Shown here: positions 30,901 to 44,900 of the stretch, piece by piece
Numbering within the stretch: the first letter of the stretch is position 1
Layout: the number at the start of each line of letters is the position of its first letter
NCBI RefSeq assembly: GCF_009914755.1
Contig: NC_060925.1
DNA length: 64,000 nucleotides
From: the human T2T-CHM13v2.0 reference genome, Homo sapiens
Reading direction: 5' to 3' (one strand)
Notes under the pieces: model-generated
Seen by the model: only the letters and a program-made list of their open reading frames with translations
Told to the model about the DNA's origin: nothing
Databases searched by the model: none
Made by a program: the position numbers and the translations under genes

Positions 30901-33900
30901 GTCTAGTCTTTATACGAAGATATTTACTTTTCTACCATTGACCTCAAAGCGGCTGAAATCTCCACTTGCAAATTCCACAAAAAGAGTGTTTCAAGTCTGC
31001 TCTCTGTAAAGGATCATTCAACTCTGTGAGTTGAATAAACACAACACAAGGAAGTTACTGAGAATTATTCTGTCTAGCATAATATGAAGAAATCCCGTTT
31101 CCAACGAAGGCCTCAAAGAGGTCTGAATATCCACTTGCAGACTTTACAAACAGAGTGTTTCCTAACTGCTCTATGAGAAGAAAAGTTAAACTCTGTGAGT
31201 TGAACGCACACATCACAAAAGATTTTCTGAGAATCATTCTGTCTAGTCTTTATATGAAGATAGTTTCCTTTTCTACCATTGACCTCAAAGCGGCTGAAAT
31301 CTCCACTTGCAAATTCCACAAAAAGAGTTTTTCAAGTCTGCTCTGTGTAAAGGATCGTTCAACTCTGTGAGTTGAATACACACAACACAAGGAAGTTACT
31401 GAGAATTCTTCTGTCTAGCAGAATAGGAAGAAATCCCGTTTCCAACGAAGGCCACAAGATGTCAGAATATCCACTTACAGACTTTACAAACAGAGTGTTT
31501 CCTAACTGCTCTATGAACAGAAAGGTTAAACTCTGTGAGTTGAACGAACACATCACAACGCAGTTTGTGGGAATGATTCTGTCTAGTTTTGAAACGAAGA
31601 TATTTCCTTTTCTGCCGTTGACCTTAAAGCGCTTGAAATCTACACTTGCAAATTGCACAAATAGAGTGTTTCAAATCTGCTCTGTCTAAGGGAACGTTCA
31701 ACTCTGTGAGTTGAATGCACACAACACAAGGAAGTTACTGGGAATTCTTCTGTCTAGCCTTACATGAAAAAAACCCGTTTCCAACGAAGGCCTCTAAGTG
31801 GTCAAAATTTCCACGTGCAGACTTTACAAACAGAGTGTTTCCAAACCGCTGAATGAAAAGAAAAGTTAAACTCTGAGAGTTGAACGCACACATCACGCAG
31901 CAGTTTCTGAGAATGATTCTGTCTAGTTTTTATACGAAGATATTTCCTTTTCTGCCTTTGGCCCCAAAGCGCTTGAAATCTCCACTTGCAAATTCCACAA
32001 AAACAGTGTTTCAAATCTGCTCTCTCTAAATGAAAGTTCAACTCTGTCAGTTGAATACACACAACACAAGGAAGTTACTGAGAATTCTTCTGTCTAGCAT
32101 AATATGAAGAAATCCCGTTTCCAACGAAGGCCTCAAAGGGGTCTGAATATCCACTTGCAGACTTTATAAACAGAGTGTTTACTAACTGCTCTATGAAAAG
32201 AAAGGTTAAACTCTGTGAGTTGAACACACACATCACAAAGGAGTTTCTGAGAATCATTCTGTCTAGTTTTTCTACGAAGATATTTCCTTTTCTACTATTG
32301 ACCTCAAAGCGGCTGAAATCTCCACTTGCAAATTCCACAAAAAGAGTGTTTCAAGTCTGCTCTGTGTAAAGGATCGTTCAACTCTGTGAGTTGAATACAC
32401 ACAAAACAAGGAAGTTACTGAGAATTCTTCTGTCTAGCAGAATATGAAGAAATCCCGTTTCCAACGAAGGCCTCAAAGAGGTCTGAATATCCACTTGCAG
32501 ACTTTACAAACAGAGTGTTTCCTAACTGCTCTATGAAAAGAAAGTTTAAACTCTGTGAGTTGAACGCACACATCACAAAGGAGTTTCTGAGAATCGTTCT
32601 GTCTAGTTTCTATAGGAAGATATTTCCTATTCTACCATTGACCTCAAAGCGGCTGAAATCTCCAGTTGCAAATTCCACAAAAAGAGTGTTTCAAGTCTGC
32701 TCTGTGTAAAGGATCGTTCAACTCTGTGAGTTGAATACACACAACACAAGGAAGTTACTGAGAATTCTTCTGTCTAGCAGAATATGAAGAAATCCCGTTT
32801 CCAACGAAGGCCTCAAAGAGGTCTGAATATCCACTTGCAGACTTTACAAACAGAGTGTTTCCTAACTGCTCTATGAAAAGAAAGGTTAAACTCTGTGAGT
32901 TGAACGCACACATCACAAAGGAGTTTCTGAGAATCATTCTGTCTAGTCTTTATACGAAGATATTTACTTTTCTACCATTGACCTCAAAGCGGCTGAAATC
33001 TCCACTTGCAAATTCCACAAAAAGAGTGTTTCAAGTCTGCTCTGTGTAAAGGATCGTTCAACTCTGTGAGTTGAATAAACACAACACAAGGAAGTTACTG
33101 AGAATTCTTCTGTCTAGCAGAATATGAAGAAATCCCGTTTCCAACGAAGGCCTCAAGGAGGTCTGAATATCCACTTGCAGACTTTACAAACAGAGTGTTT
33201 CCTAACTGCTCTATGAAAAGAAAGGTTAAACTCTGTGAGTTGAACGCACACATCACAAAGGAGTTTATGAGAATCATTCTGTCTAGTTTCTATAAGAAGA
33301 TATTTACTTTTCTACCATTGACCTCAAAGCGGCTGAAATCTCCACTTGCAAATTCCACAAAAAGAGTGTTTCAAGTCTGCTCTCTGTAAAGGATCCTTCA
33401 ACTCTGTGAGTTGAATACACACAACACAAGGAAGTTACTGAGAATTATTCTGTCTAGCAGAATATGAAGAAATCCCGTTTCCAACGAAGGCCTCAAGGAG
33501 GTCTGAATATCCACTTGCAGACTTTACAAACAGAGTGTTTCCTAACTGCTCTATGAAAAGAAAGGTTAAACTCTGTGAGTTGAACGCACACATCACAAAG
33601 GAGTTTATGAGAATCATTCTGTCTAGTTTCTATAAGAAGATATTTCCTATTCTACCATTGACCTCAAAGCGGCTGAAATCTCCACTTGCAAATTCCACAA
33701 AAAGAGTGTTTCAAGTCTGCTCTGTGTAAAGGATCGTTCAACTCTGTGAGTTGAATACACACAACACAAGGAAGTTACTGAGAATTCTTCTGTCTAGCAG
33801 AATATGAAGAAATCCCGTTTCCAACGAAGGCCACAAGATGTCAGAATATCTACTTACAGACTTTACAAACAGAGTGTTTCCTAACTGCTCTATGAACAGA

Positions 33901-36900
33901 AAGGTTAAACTCTGTGAGTTGAACGAACACATCACAACGCAGTTTGTGGGAATGATTCTGTCTAGTTTTGAAACGAAGATATTTCCTTTTCTGCCGTTGA
34001 CCTTAAAGCGCTTGAAATCTACACTTGCAAATTGCACAAATAGAGTGTTTCAAATCTGCTCTGTCTAAGGGAACGTTCAACTCTGTGAGTTGAATGCACA
34101 CAACACAAGGAAGTTACTGGGAATTCTTCTGTCTAGCCTTACATGAAAAAAAACCCGTTTCCAACGAAGGCCTCTAAGTGGTCAAAATATCCACGTGCAG
34201 ACTTTACAAACAGAGTGTTTCCAAACCGCTGAATGAAAAGAAAAGTTAAACTCTGAGAGTTGAACGCACACATCACGCAGCAGTTTCTGAGAATGATTCT
34301 GTCTAGTTTTTATACGAAGATATTTCCTTTTCTGCCCTTGGCCCCAAAGCGCTTGAAATCTCCACTTGCAAATTCCACAAAAACAGTGTTTCAAATCTGC
34401 TCTCTCTAAATGAAAGTTCAACTCTGTCAGTTGAATAAACACAACACAAGGAAGTTACTGAGAATTCTTCTGTCTAGCAGAATATGAAGAAATCCCGTTT
34501 CCAACGAAGGCCTCAAAGAGGTCTGAATATCCACTTGCAGACTTTACAAACAGAGTGTTTCCTAACTGCTCTATGAAAAGAAAGTTTAAACTCTGTGAGT
34601 TGAACGCACACATCACAAAGGAGTTTCTGAGAATCGTTCTGTCTAGTTTCTATAGGAAGATATTTCCTATTCTACCATTGACCTCAAAGCGGCTGAAATC
34701 TCCAGTTGCAAATTCCACGAAAAGAATGTTTCAAGTCTGCTCTGTGTAAAGGATCGTTCAACTCTGTGAGTTGAATACACACAACACAAGGAAGTTACTG
34801 AGAGTTCTTCTGTCTAGCAGAATATGAAGAAATCCCGTTTCCAACGAAGGCCTCAAGGAGGTCTGAATATCCACTTGCAGACTTTACAAACAGAGTGTTT
34901 CCTAACTGCTCTATGAACAGAAAGGTTAAACTCTGTGAGTTGAACGCACACATCACAAAGGAGTTTCTGAGAATCATTCTGTCTATTCTTTATACGAAGA
35001 TATTTACTTTTCTACCATTGACCTCAAAGCGGCTGAAATCTCCACTTGCAAATTCCACAAAAAGAGTGTTTCAAGTCTGCTCTGTGTAAAGGATCATTCA
35101 ACTCTGTGAGTTGAATAAACACAACACAAGGAAGTTACTGAGAATTCTTCTGTCTAGCAGAATATGAAGAAATCCCGTTTCCAACGAAGGCCTCAAGGAG
35201 GTCTGAATATCCACTTGCAGACTTTACAAACAGAGTGTTTCCTAACTGCTCTATGAAAAGAAAGGTTAAACTCTGTGAGTTGAATGCACACATCACAAAG
35301 GAGTTTATGAGAATCATTCTGTCTAGTTTCTATAAGAAGATATTTCCTATTCTACCATTGACCTCAAAGCGGCTGAAATCTCCACTTGCAAATTCGACAA
35401 ACAGAGTGTTTCAAGCCTGCTCTCTGTAAAGGATCCTTCAACTCTGTGAGTTGAATACACACAACACAAGGAAGTTACTGAGAATTATTCTGTCTAGCAG
35501 AATATGAAGAAATCCCGTTTCCAACGAAGGCCTCAAAGAGGTCTGAATATCCACTTGCAGACTTTACAAACAGAGTGTTTCCTAACTGCTCTATGAGAAG
35601 AAAAGTTAAACTCTGTGAGTTGAACGCACACATCACAAAAGATTTTCTGAGAATCATTCTGTCTACTCTTTATATGAAGATAGTTTCCTTTTCTACCATT
35701 GACCTCAAAGCGGCTGAAATCTCCACTTGCAAATTCCACAAAAAGAGTGTTTCAAGTCTGCTCTGTGTAAAGGATCGTTCAACTCTGTGAGTTGAATACA
35801 CACAACACAAGGAAGTTACTGAGAATTCTTCTGTCTAGCAGAATAGGAAGAAATCCCGTTTCCAACGAAGGCCACAAGATGTCAGAATATCCACTTACAG
35901 ACTTTACAAACAGAGTGTTTCCTAACTGCTCTATGAACAGAAAGGTTAAACTCTGTGAGTTGAACGAACACATCACAACGCAGTTTGTGGGAATGATTCT
36001 GTCTAGTTTTGAAACGAAGATATTTCCTTTTCTGCCGTTGACCTTAAAGCGCTTGAAATCTACACTTGCAAATTGCACAAATAGAGTGTTTCAAATCTGC
36101 TCTGTCTAAGGGAACGTTCAACTCTGTGAGTTGAATGCACACAACACAAGGAAGTTACTGGGAATTCTTCTGTCTAGCCTTACATGAAAAAAAACCCGTT
36201 TCCAACGAAGGCCTCTAAGTGGTCAAAATATCCACGTGCAGACTTTACAAACAGAGTGTTTCCAAACCGCTGAATGAAAAGAAAAGTTAAACTCTGAGAG
36301 TTGAACGCACACATCACGCAGCAGTTTCTGAGAATGATTCTGTCTAGTTTTTATACGAAGATATTTCCTTTTCTGCCCTTGGCCCCAAAGCGCTTGAAAT
36401 CTCCACTTGCATATTCCACAAAAACAGTGTTTCAAATCTGCTCTCTCTAAATGAAATTTCAACTCTGTCAGTTGAATACACACAACACAAGGAAGTTACC
36501 GAGAATTCTTCTGTCTAGCAGAATATGAAGAAATCCCGTTTCCAACGAAGGCCTCAAAGGGGTCTGAATATCCACTTGCAGACTTTAAAAACAGAGTGTT
36601 TACTAACTGTTCTATGAAAAGAAAGGTTAAACTCTGTGAGTTGAACACACACATCACAAAGGAGTTTCTGAGAATCATTCTGCCTAGTTTTTCTACGAAG
36701 ATATTTCCTTTTCTACTATTGACCTCAAAGCGGCTGAAATCTCCACTTGCAAATTCCACAAAAAGAGTGTTTCAAGTCTGCTCTGTGTAAAGGATCGTTC
36801 AACTCTGTGAGTAGAATACACACAACACAAGGAAGTTACTGAGAATTCTTCTGTCTAGCAGAATATGAAGAAATCCCGTTTCCAACGAAGGCCTCAAAGA

Positions 36901-39900
36901 GGTCTGAATATCCACTTGCAGACTTTACAAACAGAGTGTTTCCTAACTGCTCTATGAAAAGAAAGGTTAAACTCTGTGAGTTGAACGCACACATCACAAA
37001 GGAGTTTCTGAGAATCATTCTGTCTAGTTTCTATAGGAAGATATTTCCTATTCTACCATTGACCTCAAAGCGGCTGAAATCTCCACTTGCAAATTCCACA
37101 AAAAGAGTGTTTCAAGTCTGCTCTGTGTAAAGGATCGTTCAACTCTGTGAGTTGAATACATACAACACAAGGAAGTTACTGAGAATTCTTCTGTCTAGCA
37201 GAATATGAAGAAATCCGGTTTCCAACGAAGGCCTCAAGGAGGTCTGAATATCCACTTGCAGACTTTACAAACAGAGTGTTTCCTAACTGCTCTATGAACA
37301 GAAAGGTTAAACTCTGTGAGTTGAACGCACACACCACAAAAGAGTTTCTGAGAATCATTCTGTCTAGTCTTTATACGAAGATATTTACTTTTCTACCATT
37401 GACCTCAAAGCGGCTGAAATCTCCACTTGCAAATTCCACAAAAAGAGTGTTTCAAGTCTGCTCTCTGTAAAGGATCATTCAACTCTGTGAGTTGAATAAA
37501 CACAACACAAGGAAGTTACTGAGAATTATTCTGTCTAGCATAATATGAAGAAATCCCGTTTCCAACGAAGGCCTCAAAGAGGTCTGAATATCCACTTGCA
37601 GACTTTACAAACAGAGTGTTTCCTAACTGCTCTATGAGAAGAAAAGTTAAACTCTGTGAGTTGAACGCACACATCACAAAAGATTTTCTGAGAATCATTC
37701 TGTCTAGTCTTTATATGAAGATAGTTTCCTTTTCTACCATTGACCTCAAAGCGGCTGAAATCTCCACTTGCAAATTCCACAAAAAGAGTTTTTCAAGTCT
37801 GCTCTGTGTAAAGGATCGTTCAACTCTGTGAGTTGAATACACACAACACAAGGAAGTTACTGAGAATTCTTCTGTCTAGCAGAATAGGAAGAAATCCCGT
37901 TTCCAACGAAGGCCACAAGATGTCAGAATATCCACTTACAGACTTTACAAACAGAGTGTTTCCTAACTGCTCTATGAACAGAAAGGTTAAACTCTGTGAG
38001 TTGAACGAACACATCACAACGCAGTTTGTGGGAATGATTCTGTCTAGTTTTGAAACGAAGATATTTCCTTTTCTGCCGTTGACCTTAAAGCGCTTGAAAT
38101 CTACACTTGCAAATTGCACAAATAGAGTGTTTCAAATCTGCTCTGTCTAAGGGAACGTTCAACTCTGTGAGTTGAATGCACACAACACAAGGAAGTTACT
38201 GGGAATTCTTCTGTCTAGCCTTACATGAAAAAAACCCGTTTCCAACGAAGGCCTCTAAGTGGTCAAAATTTCCACGTGCAGACTTTACAAACAGAGTGTT
38301 TCCAAACCGCTGAATGAAAAGAAAAGTTAAACTCTGAGAGTTGAACGCACACATCACGCAGCAGTTTCTGAGAATGATTCTGTCTAGTTTTTATACGAAG
38401 ATATTTCCTTTTCTGCCTTTGGCCCCAAAGCGCTTGAAATCTCCACTTGCAAATTCCACAAAAACAGTGTTTCAAATCTGCTCTCTCTAAATGAAAGTTC
38501 AACTCTGTCAGTTGAATACACACAACACAAGGAAGTTACTGAGAATTCTTCTGTCTAGCATAATATGAAGAAATCCCGTTTCCAACGAAGGCCTCAAAGG
38601 GGTCTGAATATCCACTTGCAGACTTTATAAACAGAGTGTTTACTAACTGCTCTATGAAAAGAAAGGTTAAACTCTGTGAGTTGAACACACACATCACAAA
38701 GGAGTTTCTGAGAATCATTCTGTCTAGTTTTTCTACGAAGATATTTCCTTTTCTACTATTGACCTCAAAGCGGCTGAAATCTCCACTTGCAAATTCCACA
38801 AAAAGAGTGTTTCAAGTCTGCTCTGTGTAAAGGATCGTTCAACTCTGTGAGTTGAATACACACAAAACAAGGAAGTTACTGAGAATTCTTCTGTCTAGCA
38901 GAATATGAAGAAATCCCGTTTCCAACGAAGGCCTCAAAGAGGTCTGAATATCCACTTGCAGACTTTACAAACAGAGTGTTTCCTAACTGCTCTATGAAAA
39001 GAAAGTTTAAACTCTGTGAGTTGAACGCACACATCACAAAGGAGTTTCTGAGAATCGTTCTGTCTAGTTTCTATAGGAAGATATTTCCTATTCTACCATT
39101 GACCTCAAAGCGGCTGAAATCTCCAGTTGCAAATTCCACAAAAAGAGTGTTTCAAGTCTGCTCTGTGTAAAGGATCGTTCAACTCTGTGAGTTGAATACA
39201 CACAACACAAGGAAGTTACTGAGAATTCTTCTGTCTAGCAGAATATGAAGAAATCCCGTTTCCAACGAAGGCCTCAAAGAGGTCTGAATATCCACTTGCA
39301 GACTTTACAAACAGAGTGTTTCCTAACTGCTCTATGAAAAGAAAGGTTAAACTCTGTGAGTTGAACGCACACATCACAAAGGAGTTTCTGAGAATCATTC
39401 TGTCTAGTCTTTATACGAAGATATTTACTTTTCTACCATTGACCTCAAAGCGGCTGAAATCTCCACTTGCAAATTCCACAAAAAGAGTGTTTCAAGTCTG
39501 CTCTGTGTAAAGGATCGTTCAACTCTGTGAGTTGAATAAACACAACACAAGGAAGTTACTGAGAATTCTTCTGTCTAGCAGAATATGAAGAAATCCCGTT
39601 TCCAACGAAGGCCTCAAGGAGGTCTGAATATCCACTTGCAGACTTTACAAACAGAGTGTTTCCTAACTGCTCTATGAAAAGAAAGGTTAAACTCTGTGAG
39701 TTGAACGCACACATCACAAAGGAGTTTATGAGAATCATTCTGTCTAGTTTCTATAAGAAGATATTTACTTTTCTACCATTGACCTCAAAGCGGCTGAAAT
39801 CTCCACTTGCAAATTCCACAAAAAGAGTGTTTCAAGTCTGCTCTCTGTAAAGGATCCTTCAACTCTGTGAGTTGAATACACACAACACAAGGAAGTTACT

Positions 39901-40898
39901 GAGAATTATTCTGTCTAGCAGAATATGAAGAAATCCCGTTTCCAACGAAGGCCTCAAGGAGGTCTGAATATCCACTTGCAGACTTTACAAACAGAGTGTT
40001 TCCTAACTGCTCTATGAAAAGAAAGGTTAAACTCTGTGAGTTGAACGCACACATCACAAAGGAGTTTATGAGAATCATTCTGTCTAGTTTCTATAAGAAG
40101 ATATTTCCTATTCTACCATTGACCTCAAAGCGGCTGAAATCTCCACTTGCAAATTCCACAAAAAGAGTGTTTCAAGTCTGCTCTGTGTAAAGGATCGTTC
40201 AACTCTGTGAGTTGAATACACACAACACAAGGAAGTTACTGAGAATTCTTCTGTCTAGCAGAATATGAAGAAATCCCGTTTCCAACGAAGGCCACAAGAT
40301 GTCAGAATATCTACTTACAGACTTTACAAACAGAGTGTTTCCTAACTGCTCTATGAACAGAAAGGTTAAACTCTGTGAGTTGAACGAACACATCACAACG
40401 CAGTTTGTGGGAATGATTCTGTCTAGTTTTGAAACGAAGATATTTCCTTTTCTGCCGTTGACCTTAAAGCGCTTGAAATCTACACTTGCAAATTGCACAA
40501 ATAGAGTGTTTCAAATCTGCTCTGTCTAAGGGAACGTTCAACTCTGTGAGTTGAATGCACACAACACAAGGAAGTTACTGGGAATTCTTCTGTCTAGCCT
40601 TACATGAAAAAAAACCCGTTTCCAACGAAGGCCTCTAAGTGGTCAAAATATCCACGTGCAGACTTTACAAACAGAGTGTTTCCAAACCGCTGAATGAAAA
40701 GAAAAGTTAAACTCTGAGAGTTGAACGCACACATCACGCAGCAGTTTCTGAGAATGATTCTGTCTAGTTTTTATACGAAGATATTTCCTTTTCTGCCCTT
40801 GGCCCCAAAGCGCTTGAAATCTCCACTTGCAAATTCCACAAAAACAGTGTTTCAAATCTGCTCTCTCTAAATGAAAGTTCAACTCTGTCAGTTGAATA
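27985..40898. repeat. Tandem duplication, 6461-bp unit (19 dimers, 38-mer; three HORs)
   Basis: Markers at +6461: tctattcttt 28521/34982, gaatgcacac 28821/35282, tctactcttt 29201/35662, tgaaatttca 29991/36452, tagaatacac 30351/36812, tacttacaga 33851/40312. Confidence 0.93.
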
Positions 40899-41952
40899 CA
40901 CACAACACAAGGAAGTTACTGAGAATTCTTCTGTCTAGCATAATATGAAGAAATCCCGTTTCCAACGAAGGCCTCAAAGGGGTCTGAATATCCACTTGCA
41001 GACTTTATAAACAGAGTGTTTACTAACTGCTCTATGAAAAGAAAGGTTAAACTCTGTGAGTTGATCACACACATCACAAAGGAGTTTCTGAGAATCATTC
41101 TGCCTAGTTTTTCTACGAAGATATTTCCTTTTCTACTATTGACCTCAAAGCGGCTGAAATCTCCACTTGCAAATTCCACAAAAAGAGTGTTTCAAGTCTG
41201 CTCTGTGTAAAGGATCGTTCAACTCTGTGAGTTGAATACACACAACACAAGGAAGTTACTGAGAATTCTTCTGTCTAGCAGAATATGAAGAAATCCCGTT
41301 TCCAACGAAGGCCTCAAAGAGGTCTGAATATCCACTTGCAGACCTTACAAACAGAGTGTTTCCTAACTGCTCTATGAAAAGAAAGGTTAAACTCTGTGAG
41401 TTGAACGCACACATCACAAAGGAGTTTCTGAGAATCATTCTGTCTAGTTTCTATAGGAAGATATTTCCTATTCTACCATTGACCTCAAAGCGGCTGAAAT
41501 CTCCACTTGCAAATTCCACAAAAAGAGTGTTTCAAGTCTGCTCTGTGTAAAGGATCGTTCAACTCTGTGAGTTGAATACACACAACACAAGGAAGTTACT
41601 GAGAATTCTTCTGTCTAGCAGAATATGAAGAAATCCCGTTTCCAACGAAGGCCTCAAGGAGGTCTGAATATCCACTTGCAGACTTTACAAACAGAGTGTT
41701 TCCTAAGTGCTCTATGAACAGAAAGGTGAAACTCTGTGAGTTGAACGCACACATCACAAAGGAGTTTCTGAGAATCATTCTGTCTAGTCTTTATACGAAG
41801 ATATTTCCTTTTCTACCATTGACCTCAAAGCGGCTGAAATCTCCACTTGCAAATTCCACAAAAAGAGTGTTTCAAGTCTGCTCTGTGTAAAGGATCGTAC
41901 AACTCTGTGAGTTGAATACACACAACACAAGGAAGTTACTGAGAATTCTTCT

Positions 41953-44900
41953 GTCTAGCAGAATATGAAGAAATCCCGTTTCCAACGAAGGCCTCAAGGA
42001 GGTCTGAATATCCACTTGCAGACTTTACAAACAGAGTGTTTCCTAACTGCTCTATGAACAGAAAGGTTAAACTCTGTGAGTTGAACGCACACATCACAAA
42101 AGAGTTTCTGAGAATCATTCTGTCTAGTCTTTATACGAAGATATTTCCTTTTCTACCATTGACATCAAAGTGGCTGAAATCTCCACTTGCAAATTCCACA
42201 AAAAGAGTGTTTCAAGTCTGCTCTGTGTAAAGGATCGTTCAACTCTGTGAGTTGAATACACACAACACAAGGAAGTTACTGAGAATTCTTCTGTCTAGCA
42301 GAATATGAAGAAATCCCGTTTCCAACGAAGGCCACAAGATGTCAGAATATCCACTTACAGACTTTACAGAGTGTTTCCTAACTGCTCTATGAACAGAAAG
42401 GTTAAACTCTGTGAGTTGAACGAACACATCACAACGCAGTTTGTGGGAATGATTCTGTCTAGTTTTGAAACGAAGATATTTCCTTTTCTGCCATTGACCT
42501 TAAAGCGCTTGAAATCTACACTTGCAAATTGCACAAATAGAGTGTTTCAAATCTGCTCTGTCTAAGGGAACGTTCAACTCTGTGAGTTGAATGCACACAA
42601 CACAAGGAAGTTACTGGGAATTCTTCTGTCTAGCCTTACATGAAAAAAAACCCGTTTCCAACGAAGGCCTCTAAGTGGTCAAAATATCCACGTGCAGACT
42701 TTACAAACAGAGTGTTTCCAAACCGCTGAATGAAAAGAAAAGTTAAACTCTGAGAGTTGAACGCACACATCACGCAGCAGTTTCTGAGAATGATTCTGTC
42801 TAGTTTTTATACGAAGAGATTTCCTTTTCTGCCTTTGGCCCCAAAGCGCTTGAAATCTCCACTTGCAAATTCCACAAAAACAGTGTTTCAAATCTGCTCT
42901 CTCTAAATGAAAGTTGAACTCTGTCAGTTGAATACACACAACACAAGGAAGTTACTGAGAATTCTCCTGTCTAGCATAATATGAAGAAATCCCGTTTCCA
43001 ACGAAGGCCTCAAAGGGGTCTGAATATCCACTTGCAGACTTTATAAACAGAGTGTTTACTAACTGCTCTAGGAAAAGAAAGGTTAAACTCTGTGAGTTGA
43101 ACACACACATCACAAAGGAGTTTCTGAAAATCATTCTGTCTAGTTTTTCTACGAAGATATTTCCTTTTCTACTATTGACCTCAAAGCGGCTGAAATCTCC
43201 ACTTGCAAATTCCACAAAAAGAGTGTTTCAAGTCTGCTCTGTGTAAAGGATCGTTCAACTCTGTGAGTTGAATACACACAACACAAGGAAGTTACTGAGA
43301 ATTCTTCTGTCTAGCAGAATATGAAGAAATCCCGTTTCCAACGAAGGCCTCAAAGAGGTCTGAATATCCACTTGCAGACTTTACAAACAGAGTGTTTCCT
43401 AACTGCTCTATGAAAAGAAAGGTTAAACTCTGTGAGTTGAACGCACACATCACAAAGGAGTTTCTGAGAATCGTTCTGTCTAGTTTCTATAGGAAGATAT
43501 TTCCTATTCTACCATTGACCTCAAAGCGGCTGAAATCTCCACTTGCAAATTCCACAAAAAGAGTGTTTCAAGTCTGCTCTGTGTAAAGGATCGTTCAACT
43601 CTGTGAGTTGAATACACACAACACAAGGAAGTTACTGAGAATTATTCTGTCTAGCATAATATGAAGAAATCCCGTTTCCAACGAAGGCCTCAAAGAGGTC
43701 TGAATATCCACTTGCAGACTTTACAAACAGAGTGTTTCCTAACTGCTGTATGAACGGAAAGGTTAAACTCTGTGAGTTGAACGCACACATCACAAAGGAG
43801 TTTCTGAGAATCATTCTGTCTAGTCTTTATACGAAGATATTTACTTTTCTACCATTGACCTCAAAGCGGCTGAAATCTCCACTTGCAAATTCCACAAAAA
43901 GAGTGTTTCAAGTCTGCTCTGTGTAAAGGATCATTCAACTCTGTGAGTTGAATAAACACAACACAAGGAAGTTACTGAGAATTCTTCAGTCTAGCAGAAT
44001 ATGAAGAAATCCCGTTTCCAACGAAGGCCTCAAGGAGGTCTGAATATCCACTTGCAGACTTTACAAACAGAGTGTTTCCTAACTGCTCTATGAACAGAAA
44101 GGTTAAACTCTGTGAGTTGAACGCACACATCACAAAAGAGTTTCTGAGAATCATTCTGTCTAGTCTTTATACGAAGATATTTCCTTTTCTACCATTGACA
44201 TCAAAGTGGCTGAAATCTCCACTTGCAAATTCCACAAAAAGAGTGTTTCAAGTCTGCTCTGTGTAAAGGATCGTTCAACTCTGTGAGTTGAATACACACA
44301 ACACAAGGAAGTTACTGAGAATTCTTCTGTCTAGCAGAATATGAAGAAATCCCGTTTCCAACGAAGGCCACAAGATGTCAGAATATCCACTTACAGACTT
44401 TACAGAGTGTTTCCTAACTGCTCTATGAACAGAAAGGTTAAACTCTGTGAGTTGAACGAACACATCACAACGCAGTTTGTGGGAATGATTCTGTCTAGTT
44501 TTGAAACGAAGATATTTCCTTTTCTGCCATTGACCTTAAAGCGCTTGAAATCTACACTTGCAAATTGCACAAATAGAGTGTTTCAAATCTGCTCTGTCTA
44601 AGGGAACGTTCAACTCTGTGAGTTGAATGCACACAACACAAGGAAGTTACTGGGAATTCTTCTGTCTAGCCTTACATGAAAAAAAACCCGTTTCCAACGA
44701 AGGCCTCTAAGTGGTCAAAATATCCACGTGCAGACTTTACAAACAGAGTGTTTCCAAACCGCTGAATGAAAAGAAAAGTTAAACTCTGAGAGTTGAACGC
44801 ACACATCACGCAGCAGTTTCTGAGAATGATTCTGTCTAGTTTTTATACGAAGATATTTCCTTTTCTGCCTCTGGCCCCAAAGCGCTTGAAATCTCCACTT

